Assembly: GCA_965113315.1 (NCBI GenBank)
Contig: OZ220367.1
Length of the DNA: 64,000 bases
From: Podarcis vaucheri
Lineage: Eukaryota
Strand: one strand, 5' to 3'
Shown here one piece after another: positions 38,200-48,808 of this stretch (positions are counted from its first letter, which is position 1; each line of letters starts with the position of its first letter). The notes under the pieces were generated by a model that saw only the letters and a program-made list of their open reading frames with translations, was not told the origin of the DNA and ran no database searches. Made by a program: the position numbers and the translations under genes.

Positions 38200-38920
38200 A
38201 CAGCCTCCGCTCTCCCTTTCGCCATAGAGCTTCCCTTTCCGATTATTCCTGCCCCCCCCCGCGCCCGCCATCCCCCTCCTCTTCCTACCACAGCAACCAG
38301 CAACAGTCATCACCAACTCGCCCCCCCACCGCATCCCCCCATCCTCTCCCCGTTCTTTCCCTCCTCACCATGAACTTGAGGGCCTTCTCCTGCACCACCG
38401 CCTCGGCGGGGTCCATAGCCCCCCCGATCCGCCTCTGCTGTGGCTGCTGCTCCCCCGCCAGCTCCGGGCCTCAGCCGGGGCCTGGCCGCCCCCCACCCCT
38501 TCCCTTCTCCCTCCCTCAACGCAAGGCCGCAGCCACCGCAGAGTCAGGCGAGAAACCTCCGTTTTCCTCCGGCTCAGGTAAGTGGGAAATGTAGTCCCCG
38601 GCCGTTCTCCCGAGAAGTGCCCGAGTGGACATCGCGGACTACAATTCCCAATAAGCCCCGCGCACAGGGAGACGGCGCGCCCGGTGCCGTTGCTTCCGAA
38701 GGCAGCGAGAAGAAGGGGGAAGTGGCGGCGCGCTCGGGTGGGCCGAGCTGGGCTGGGTTAAGGGGAAGAGGGAGCAGGGAAGAACGGCTGCCTCTCCCAG
38801 CTGGCGGGAGAAGGGGCTGATGGAAGCTGTAGTTTCCGAAGGGGCTGCGCTGGGCTGCAGCGGGGACGAGTCGCAGCTGCTTTTCCCTTTTCCTTGTCAA
38901 TCTGGGAAGCGAGAGCATAG
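38200..38920 (-). promoter_or_regulatory. CpG-island promoter / 5' UTR of BTRC with ZNF143(SBS)-type motifs
   Basis: Abrupt GC- and CpG-rich segment around exon 1. Motifs: GGACTACAATTCCCA at 38636-38650, TGGGAAATGTAGTCC at 38583-38597, and a weaker GATGGAAGCTGTAGTT near 38819-38834. Confidence 0.85.
38369..38416 (-). CDS. BTRC: BTRC (beta-TrCP1, F-box/WD40 protein) coding exon 1, MDPAEAVVQEKALKFM
   Basis: Reverse complement reads ATG GAC CCC GCC GAG GCG GTG GTG CAG GAG AAG GCC CTC AAG TTC ATG, then donor GTGAG (38368-38364). This matches the human BTRC N-terminus as I recall it (MDPAEAVLQEKALKFM). 48 nt, phase 0, within a CpG island. Confidence 0.96.
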
Positions 38921-39694
38921 GGTTGCAGCACGATATGCAAAAGGTATCGCTGCTTATTGAGACATTGCTGTGATTTTAGGAGTGGAAGTTTGCAGGTTTC
39001 CAGATCTCAGCAAGGTGTGCAGCTTATCCGAAATAGGAACCAAAGAACTGTGCGGTCGGAAGAGCCAAAGAGTCATCTAGTCCACACACCCCTGCATTGC
39101 AATTTTTGACTGATAGCATCATACTTTCGTAATAAGGGATAGGGCTGCTGGGGCCAGTGTCCACAGAGGTCAGATCCTTTGGGCAGCTGCTGAGGCTCCA
39201 GCATTCCCGGGGTGGGATTGGGGGCACCATACACTTAAAGCACCGCTATATCACTTTTAACAGCCATGTGTTCCCCAAAGAGTCCTGGAAACTGGGCAGA
39301 AGAATGTCATCTCTTCCAGCTTCCCCCTTCAGCTGTATGTATTTTACAGGGGAGAAAAAGTAATTGCATTTTCTTCCAAGGGAGGATCAGTGGCTTTGTG
39401 AGCACCAGGGGAAGACCTCAAGGGCACCTTTGTGCCCGCGGTCACCATATTGGCAACCCCTGATATAATACATTTCTGGAATACATGCTGCTTTGCAGCA
39501 TTATATTACTGAATGCTAAACACTGGAGAGAAGGGGTTTAAAAACTTTGTGGGGCTTTGTGCCCTACGTTTATAATAGGGATTGCATCTGACTGGGAAAA
39601 GCCTGACTAGTTATTTTGCTTGTTTTGTTTTCAGTCTTATTGCCAAGATACAGCTCTTCCTACCACTACCCCAATTCATTTTAAAGGTATATAG

Positions 39695-39825
39695 CAGGAA
39701 CACCTAGCTTCCAGATGTTGTTGGGCTTCAACTCCCATCAGCCCCAGGCAAAATGGCCAATGATCAGGGATGATGGAAGCTGTAGTCCAACAGTATTTGG
39801 ATGGCCACAGTTTTGCTGCACCTGC
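39695..39825. mobile_element. Short palindromic lizard MITE (copies also ~5625-5760, ~9330-9455, ~33095-33220, ~33310-33440, ~62190-62250)
   Basis: Recurrent unit CCAGATGTTG...ACTACAACTCCCATCAGCCCC...TGGCCAATG...GATGGGAGCTGTAGT...CAACATCTGG, with internal inverted symmetry. Confidence 0.75.
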
Positions 39826-41074
39826 TATACAGTATAGACATTTTGTGGATAGATAGCTTTTGGCCATGGCTCTGTTCTTCATGTGGCAAAATCAACTGGG
39901 CTCCACAAAGCACTAGCTCTGGGCTCCACCCCAGACAGCAGATGTTTTGATTTCAGGAGATGGTAACCATAGATTAGAAGCATTGTGAAATATGAAATAT
40001 ACGGTGCAGTTAGGTTTTTTGTTATTAGTACCCATACTCTTCTTAGACTATTGGACTTCATGTGAGTTTGCATTATTGTATTATTAGTGTTATTGTTAGG
40101 TTTGCAGCATGACAGAAGATGGCACTCGACAGAAAATGATAACCCATTTAACAAAAATGTGCAGGTCCCTGCCCTGAGGCGATTACAATTTAAATTTCAG
40201 CAACGGGATACAGCAGAGGAGGGTAAGGAGAAAGAAAGTCAAGTTTAGCCAAAGGAGAGAGCAGAAATGACAGTATCACAGAAAGGAGGGGTGACTGTAA
40301 GCAAATTCAGATACTCATACCTTAACTTTGTTTCATCTGGCAGGTGCATCTAGAGAGGGCCTGGATACAAATCTTAACACAGCTATGTACTAATTGACTG
40401 GCCTTGGGCATGTTGCTATCTTTCAGCCTCAGCCCATCTGTCAAATTAGAGAAAAAATGACATGCTGCAGGAGTTAGTTATGACAATGAACAAGATAGAC
40501 TGTAATGCACACTGTTGGGTAAAAATGTTAAATAATACTACAATAAATAGCCTCCCAAAATCCTTACAGTCTGGTTAATCTATTTTAAGTTGCTATCAGT
40601 TTACCCTCTGAGTTTCAAAACTGTGATCATGTTCATCCAAGACTCAATCTTATTTGTGGTTTTTGTGTGTGTGACATTTCTATTCCTCATATCATCTAAG
40701 TCCCCCTGGCAGTTTAGAAATGGACCTTGTAGCAGTGGAACATTTTTGAAGATCAGTTGTTAACTTATATCAGTTTAAGTAAATTAATTGAGAGCAAGTC
40801 TAGTGGCTAGGAGCATGACCCAGTCACCCTTCACATCCTTTCCACCCCTTTCCACCCCTTTCCATATATAGGATTGTTCTTCTGCCAAGCACCTCCATCG
40901 CCATAGCGGTCATCCAGCTGGATGCCTGCCTCCTTCCCCCATCTCCTCTCTTTCTTTCATGGAAACATTCCTGCAGGGCAGTTGGTGGTAGAAGGGAGAG
41001 GGAGCAGTCCAGATGGCATGTGCTCTGATGTGGGCCACAGTTTTCACCCAACAGCTTGCATAGGCGACTGAATT

Positions 41075-41260
41075 TGATTTCTAGAGTGTCAGCTGGGAGG
41101 CCCCTGGTTCAAATCTCAACCATGAACTCACTAGGTAGGCTAGGCTTTGTCAAGCTCCTGTCTCTCAGCCTCAGTCTCTCATCTGCATAATGAGGATAAT
41201 ATAACTGGTTTATCTTACCAGTTATTATAAGGTTAATTATTTCGTGTATATGAGGCACTT
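41075..41260 (+). mobile_element. Old MIR/CORE-type SINE (similar remnants ~40350-40540, ~44790-44930)
   Basis: CCTGGTTCAAATC B box and CTCAGTCTCTCATCTGCATAATGAGGATAAT, a MIR-core-like motif. Confidence 0.55.
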
Positions 41261-41793
41261 TCAAGACTTAAAAATTGTTGTGCAAAGAAGCCAAAGAAGA
41301 AGTTTTTCTTATGGCACATATACCACAGAGAAGCTACAGAGAAAGTATTCTCACCTTTCCAAAATCTTCTTAAGAATTCCAGGCCTCAGGTTGGAAGACC
41401 TGCTCCTTCTCCAGAGAAGTGGAATATATGCTTCTGTCTAGAAGCAGCTGTAACTGGTCGGAATCGCTTGCGGTAGTGCTGAAATGTTCACATGGAACAT
41501 CTGTGACAAGAAGCATCCTTGAGTTAATCTGGGTATATCTCTGCAGTGACCGGCAAATATGTTTTGTATAAGCAGATACTTCTATCACAGATTCAGAGAT
41601 GGGGATAGTATAATTTATAAAGCCATCCACACCCTGGGATTTCATAACCTTTCAGATTAACTCTCCCTGCTTTCATCTTTGGGGAAGTGAAAACAAGACC
41701 ATTTTCCAAGATGGGCCTGCATCTTTGGAACACCCTGCTTCCCCAAGAGAAGTTGCTAAGCATGTTGTTAAATTATCTTGCTTGTGCAGATAA

Positions 41794-41996
41794 GGATGTG
41801 GGTGGTGCGGTGGTCTAAACCACTGAGCCTCTTTGGCTTGATCGGAAGGTCAGTGGTTCGAATCCATGCGAGGGGGTCAGCTCCTGTTACTCTGTCCCAG
41901 CTTCTGCCAACCTAGTTTGAAAGCATACCAGCATGAGTAGATAAATAGGTACCACTGTGGCGGAAAGATAAACAGCGTTTCCGTGCACTCTGGCTT
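41794..41996 (+). mobile_element. Sauria SINE, 5' part
   Basis: GGTGGTGCGGTGGTCTAAACC ... GGTTCGAATCC (B box) ... GTAGATAAATAGGTACC; reverse complement of the right halves of the other two copies. Confidence 0.82.
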
Positions 41997-43164
41997 CAAA
42001 ACATAGGGCTAGTTTGCCACTTGCATTTTTCAATCATCTGTGCAACTCAAGAGCAGGCTATTCACTCCTACAATTGTCCCAGGAGAAATCCATGTAATGT
42101 CATTGTCTTGGTGAATTTTGCAATAGAATATCACTCTGCCTCCAAGACTTTATCAGCCAGTGTCATCCCTGGGGGTGAATTCAATGTCAATAGGTAGTGG
42201 CAATAATCAATTTAACAAGGAATACTGGCCACTTGATTTTCAATGAAGAGTACCACGTTTCTCACCCTTGTTATGCCTCTTGTTTTTACATTTCTAGTGA
42301 CTCTTTGGGGAATCTGTAGAATTAACCCTTGAAATAATGGGGATCTTCCATAATTTCAGTTCCTTTGGGCATTATTGCCCGAATTATAACACTTTAAATA
42401 ATAAGAACGATGTGTTTAAATTAAATTTGCAGGGCTGGCAGCTGCATACATTCAGACTTATTACTATACTTACAGACAGCTTCTTGGGCTAATTCTTTCC
42501 AGACTGAAATGAGAAATGAAGGGAGTAGTTTGTGGTGGAAGAAGAAGTTAATAGGATAGTTTCTTGCAATGCTTATTGTGAGGGGGATGTGCTAATTGTT
42601 CTGCACATGTAGTCCGTACTAACCATAAGATATAGGGCTTTCTGGATTATAAAGAAGGCAAATTATTTAATAATGTGGGTGATTTGAATAAACTGGAGGG
42701 GGATACATGTCACTTTCACTTTTCAAGACACAGCATAAAGATAGAAGAAAAATGCAAATTGAAGGGACAAGCGTAAATGTAATGGGAGAAAAGAAGACGG
42801 AATGGACTCTGATGACAGGGAGGTTATGGTTATGAAACTATTAGGGCTTTAATGTTTAGAAATGGAGTTTAAGGAGGTGAGTACTGTACAGTGTAAGAGG
42901 TTCAATGTTACCAACTTGAATCCTGTTTTTCAGCTATATCATAAACACTGTGCAGTTTCTTGCTCTTCTATGAATATCCCTTGACCTTGTTACAGAACGC
43001 CATCTCCAAAATCTGCTAGAATCCTTGAGAGTCAGTATACCAGAGAAACTAAGAGGCTGAGCTGTAAACTTCAGCAGGTCTGAATGTGCCATGATTCAGT
43101 AGCTTTCGACACACCACTCATTATCAAGCTCACACACATACAACACAGAATTGGCAATACCTTG

Positions 43165-43264
43165 CTGTTGTTGTTGTTTAGTTGTTTAGTCGTGTCCGAC
43201 TCTTCGTGACCCCATGGACCAGAGCACGTCAGGCTCTTCCACTGCCTCCCGCAGTTTGGTCAAA
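43165..43264 (-). mobile_element. BovB/RTE 3' end
   Basis: (GTT)n TTTAGTCGTGTCCGACTCTTCGTGACCCCATGGAC is the reverse complement of the BovB tail. Confidence 0.75.
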
Positions 43265-43399
43265 ACCCAGGGTAGAAATACCTACCCTACATCAAAGACC
43301 ATGTGCACATCTGCAAACCAGAGAATGTATTGTGGGTCACACACACACACTCCCCCCCCCACCTTACGACCTTTTCTATTGGCTGTAATGGAATGTTTA

Positions 43400-43700
43400 A
43401 TTTAAGCCATGGAGAGGGGACCCTGTTGATGCTAGAGAAGGCCTCTATAGGTGCATGGGCACCCACCCCTGGGTGCTATGCTGGTAACCCCTATCTGAAG
43501 CCAGATAGAGCTCTGCATGTCAAAACAAGCACCTTGAACTTGAGTGGCTGCTTTTCTTGTTTGCATTGTGCATGGATGATAATGGGCAGCCTTATGTGGA
43601 AATATTTGGGATTTCCAATGAGGGCAGCAGGTGTGCACAACTGACTGCAGCCCTGGCTGTCATGTGATGAGGGAGTCTCCCCCACCCCACATGGAGTATT
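43400..43700 (-). mobile_element. Degenerate L2 3' fragment
   Basis: ORF 43491..43685(-) contains LKFKVLVLTCRAL, matching AQFKVLVLTFKAL of the young L2. Confidence 0.6.
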
Positions 43701-43922
43701 GTTTGGGTGGGATATTATAGAAGAGTGTAGGGTATTTAATATTTAGATGACCAAATGGGAGTGAATGAAGCAACATGGAAATGGCAGGAAAGGGGGGAAT
43801 GCTTTGCTTTCTTTTAAAATGGAGCACAGGAAGAAGAAAGAAGCCAGCTCAGTCCAACAACTCAAAAAACAACCCCAACAAGTCCCTTAGAGCCAGAAGA
43901 GGCTTTTTAAAGCCTCATGAAT

Positions 43923-44094
43923 NNNNNNNNNNNNNNNNNNNNNNNNNNNNNNNNNNNNNNNNNNNNNNNNNNNNNNNNNNNNNNNNNNNNNNNNNNNNNN
44001 NNNNNNNNNNNNNNNNNNNNNNNNNNNNNNNNNNNNNNNNNNNNNNNNNNNNNNNNNNNNNNNNNNNNNNNNNNNNNNNNNNNNNNNNNNNNNN
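43923..44094. other. Assembly gap (172 N)
   Basis: Run of N. Confidence 0.99.
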
Positions 44095-44529
44095 CGGAGC
44101 TATGACTAATGGCTACTTTACATATAAATGAGAAGGTTTGCGCTAGGAACTGTTAAAAAAAATATAGTCGCTCTCACTGACAGGGCCTGGCCTCTCTGAT
44201 CTGCACGAGGCACAGGGGCCAGGAGGAAGGAAAGATCACATGATGAAGGGCAGGGTTGTTTTTTTAAAAAAAAAACCAACATGCTTCCTAAATAAATAAA
44301 TAAGGTCTGCCTGACCTCCTCAGAAGCTGCCACGTTGCTAACAAATTAGGGACAGAGCCGGTCACTTCTTTTGGTAATGTGCTCCAGAAGGTGCTCAGCT
44401 GTGGAGGAATGCAGAGCTGGCTGGCCCCCTTTCTCGCCAGAGCAAGGAGCCGCAACCACATGGAGCTATATTTACAATTTACGCACTGCAGGAATTGTGC
44501 TCACCAGGTAAGCAGCCCTAGTTGTTCAT

Positions 44530-44716
44530 AGGAAGCTGCCTTAAACTGAACCAGACCACTGGTCCATCTAGGTCAGTACTGTCTACACTGACTGGCAGCC
44601 ACTCTCCAGGGTTTCGGGGCTAGGTTCTCTTCTACCCTATCTGGAGATGCCAAGGACTGAACCTGGGACCTTCTGCATGGTAAGCGCGTGCTCTGCCACT
44701 GAGCTGTAGCCCTTTC
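44530..44716 (-). mobile_element. Short tRNA-headed SINE (related copies at ~25795-25945 - and ~60730-60855 +)
   Basis: The minus strand starts GGGCTACAGCTCAGTGGCAGAGCAC (A box) and has CCAGGTTCAGTCC (B box). The shared body TGTCTACACTGACTGGCAG recurs elsewhere in the window. Confidence 0.75.
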
Positions 44717-45659
44717 CCTTCAGGTGGGAGGTGAGAAGGTGTGGAAGAAGAAATGGTGGCAGCAGAGAAGAATATACTAAGAACTTAGTATGCTGTGTTG
44801 GTTAGAGCATTTAACCTGGCCTGAAAAGCCCTGGGTTAAAATCCCCACTCATTTGTGACCTTGGGCCAGTCACTCTCTCTTAGCCTAACCTACCTCTCAG
44901 GGTTGTGATGAAGATAAAGTGGTTTAATATATATCTATGCCAGCCCATATTATGTTGATGGGAAGAGGCAGCTTGTGTTGAGAATAGTGTTTTAAAATAG
45001 TGGCTATTCTGGGAGCATTGTAGTGACAATGTGGCTGTGCTTGGGGGTTTAAAATGGATTGGCATAGCACTGGAGCCTATATTGATCAATTGTTTAAATA
45101 ACTCTTCATGTTCTGAAACCCCTCTTAAGCAGCCTACAAACCTGCCCAGGTTGGACAGAAACCTAATCTCACCAAGCAAGAACAGAGACGGGTCTTCATT
45201 TTGGATGGAAACTGAATCTTAAATCCATGGGTGATCCTTCCTCCCTTTTAGCCCCTCTCCCCAATACACTCACGACCCTTTCCACGCTCTTATATTTGAT
45301 ACAAACTGTCTAGACACTGCAGATGTGGGCAGATGTTGGGCCCGTAATTTATAACAACGGCCTCCAGAAGGCAATTCCAATTTGTTTCGCTAATGCTTTA
45401 AGTTACAGACGCTGAGATCTCCTGTAAATACTCTTGGCTTGCATATTAACTACCATTCTGGGTTTGCTCAGCAAATGCTAGCTAACTACATCTCTCTTTT
45501 AGTCTCCGATGGAGGTTGTAATGCCATACGGTATTACATTGTCAAGCTCAAAATATGGGGACTTGGAGATGTAGACTGCAGCCCACAGGACACTGATATT
45601 CACAGGGAGCAGATCTATAGACAGAGAACCCCATGCCTTCTGCACAAAGAATACCATAT

Positions 45660-46560
45660 GGGAGCTTTTGCTTAGCCCCACGCTATTTGTGCTCTGGGGT
45701 TCCTCAGGGTTCCATTCTGTTCCACATAGTTTTTAACATCGATATGAAGCTGTTGGGGTAGGTCATCTGGTTCCCGCTCTGTCTCCTCATTCCTTGTATA
45801 TTAGGTGTGGCTGACCAGGTGCTGGACTGGTGCCTAGAAGCAGCAATGGGCTGGATGATGGCTAATAAACTGAGATTGAGCACTGAAAAGGCAGAGACAC
45901 TGTTCTGGATGGGAATTGCACTCCCCTTGAAGAAACAGGCGTATAGCTTGAGGGTACTTCTGGATCCAGGATGGCCATCAGAGGCCCAAGTGGCCACAGT
46001 GGCTCAAGGTGCCTATTCCCAGCCCAAGCTAATTTGCCAGCTGTTGCTGTTCCTGGACCAGGACAACCTTCCAACTGTGATCGACTTGCCACTGTGATCC
46101 ACGCCCTGGTAATCTCATGTTTAGATTACAGCAATGGAATGGGGCAATCCTTGAAGATGGTCCAGAAGTTGCAGTTGGTGCAGAATGCTGCTGCTTGGTT
46201 ACTGAGTTGCACACCAAGTCAGAATCGTATTTCATCTATTCTTTGTGATCTGCCTTGTCTGCCTGTTTGCTTCTGAACCCAAGGTAAGGTTTGTAATGCC
46301 TATGTATAAGACCCTAAAAAGTTTGGGGCCCAAATGCTTGCAGGAATGCATATCCCAGTATATGCTAACCTAGCTATTACACTTCTAGTCCCACCACTGG
46401 ACAATGCACAATACATGGTGACCAGAGAAAAGGCTTTTTCTGTAGTGGTGCCCTGTTTATGGAATCGCCTACCATTGGAAATGTGTCATGTGTCAACAAT
46501 AGATCAATTTCTTTACCATCCTCAGATGCACCTGTGTATCCTGGTGCTTAAGAACCTGTG
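45660..46560 (+). mobile_element. Old degenerate L2 LINE fragment
   Basis: Frameshifted remnants homologous to the 29.9-kb L2: WMMANKLRLSTEKAE, VIHALVISCLDYSN, LQLVQNAAA, KAFSVVVPCLWNRLP. Confidence 0.85.
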
Positions 46561-47970
46561 ATACCCGTTTTCTGAATAGTCCGTATCATATGTGCTATTC
46601 TATGGTGGCTAGGAATCTTTTAACCGCCACTTTATTTTTATAACCTGTATATTTTAATAGCATTTGCTTAATTGGGTGCTGTATTTTATTGTTTTACAGT
46701 GGAAACTGCTCTGTGATTGCTATCATCATGAATTAAATATTTTTGGAATATTGCATGCAGTGGAGCTTTAGGAGTAGAAACAGAATCAGAGTCGCAAACA
46801 TACATATTACAGCAGGACTTATTCTGATGTTCCTGCTAGTGTTCATTACCCAATCAAGCTTCAAATCTGGATTTTGTAGCGTGGCCACGTGGTTCCCTAT
46901 CCCTGTGAAAGACTCGCAAACCATGTCAGAAAGAAAGGTGGTGATCCAATTGTGTCTCTTGGTCCCTCGCTGCAACTTGTCTGTGCCTTATTCTCTGCCT
47001 ATTGAGAAGCAGCATATTCTCCAAACTGTCCCTTGAGTATGTAAGAGCCATCCTATAATTTACTCTATGCCTAGATTCCCTGCACCACTGTGGGAGTTGT
47101 GATTCATGCATTTGCCACAAGCCTTTTGTGCTTCCCTAATGTTTTCCTGGGAACGGAAATCTCTCATGTTTGGGTGGGAGTCTAACACATCTCTGATACA
47201 TCTGTGGCATTTTTTCAAAGCATGACTGCTGGCATTTTGGCATGTAGCCGTGGAATGTGTGGGCTCTTTGACAACAGTACTGTGTTTTAACGTTCATGTT
47301 CTGTGTATTGCACTGCTGCAAGGAGAAGTCCTGGTCTGGGCATTGTGGATGTCAGCACTCCCACAGCCTTTCCACACTTAAACACCACCCGCCTCTGAGC
47401 TGTAGAAGAAAGCAAAACTGCACTATTTGTGTCCTTTGAACAGATGCAACATCAGAGCTGTATACCAGTGCTGGAACAAGGTGAGAGACTAACCATATTG
47501 TGGAAGCATAAGGACAGTGAGAGCCCAATTCTATGCATATTTATTTGGAAACAAATCACATTTAGTTCGTTGGGATTTGCTTTCTAGTAAATACACTATA
47601 TTCCTCACACTTCACTTGACAGCATCTCACATTAATTTTTGTAGAGATGCAAATGCCTCCTGTATGAATCACATCTGTGGCTAAAATACAAATGAAATGA
47701 AAGATATTACACAGCTATATCACCAAGAGATGTGTGTTAAGATTCCAGAAGTAGCGGTCAAGTTATCTTTTGCCATAATTAGTAGTATTCTCTCATATCA
47801 TCATAGGTTGCGTGACTCACCTGAGGCTATCTAGGGTGCCACTTTAGTTAGTCATGGCTTCCCCCAAAGAGTCCTGGGAATTATAGTTTGCTAAGGGTGC
47901 TGAGAGTTTTTAGGAGAAATTACAGTTCCTAGGATTCTTTGGGGTTAGCCAAGACTGTAAGCAATATAGG

Positions 47971-48322
47971 AAAAGGTAAAGGGACCCCTGACCATTAGGT
48001 CCAGTCGTGGCCAACTCTGGGGTTGCGACACTCATCTTGCTTTATTGGCCAAGGGAGCTGGCATACAGCTTCTGGGTCATGTGGCCAACATGACTAAGCC
48101 GCTTCTGGCAAACCAGAGCAGCGCACGGAAATGCAGTTTACCTTCCCGCCAGAGCGGTTCCTATTTATCTACTTGCCCTTTGACGGGTTTTCAAACTGCT
48201 AGGTTGGCAGGAGCAGGGACCGAGCAACGGGAGCTCACCCCGTCGTGGGGATTCAAACCGGTGACCTTCTGATCGGCAAGCCCTAGGCTCTGTGGTTTAA
48301 CCCACAGCACCACCCGCACCCC
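47971..48322 (-). mobile_element. Sauria SINE, near full length
   Basis: AAAAGGTAAAGGGACCCCTGACC ... GGTCATGTGGCCAACATGACT ... CCACAGCACCACCCG; colinear with the copy at 17362-17752. Confidence 0.88.
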
Positions 48323-48567
48323 GTAAGCAATATAAGAGTGCTTTAAATGTATGGTGTGGATGTAATGTATGGTGTGGAGTTTTTACAAGGTCACTTGGGA
48401 AATGATGCTCACACCCCGATCCTGAAGGCCTATTCATTGATTTTGGTGGAAGCCCTTCCAAGTACAGTGGCAATAGCGGAGAAAGGTGGGTGCGGCCCAT
48501 CCTGGGCACCATCCCTGAGGGGGTGGTGACATCGCCGCTGGCCGGAACAGCTAGCTCCGCCTCTGTA

Positions 48568-48808
48568 CAACAGTACCTCAGTTCTTGAACGTAATTCATT
48601 CTGAAAGACCGTTTGACTTCTGAAATGTTTGACAACCGAGGCGCAATGGTCGGTTGGCAAGTTCCATTGAGAAAATGGAGAAACGCACCTCGGAAGCTGT
48701 TCAACTTCTGAGGCGCGTTTGAAAGCGGAAACATTCACTTCCTGATTTTCAGTGTTCGAAAACCGGAACATTCGGCTTCCGAAGCGTTCGATAACCGAGG
48801 TACCACTG
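48568..48808. mobile_element. Tc1/mariner MITE
   Basis: TA|CAACAGTACCTC ... GAGGTACCACTG|TA. Confidence 0.8.

Noticed and set aside
38118-38918. Several 60-158 aa ORFs around the promoter
   Set aside because: These reflect stop-codon scarcity in a CpG island. The real coding segment is the 48-nt BTRC exon 1.
44650-44716. tRNA-like sequences (also 59529-59600 and 41794-41870)
   Set aside because: These are A/B-box heads of SINEs continuing into SINE bodies, with no intact cloverleaf.
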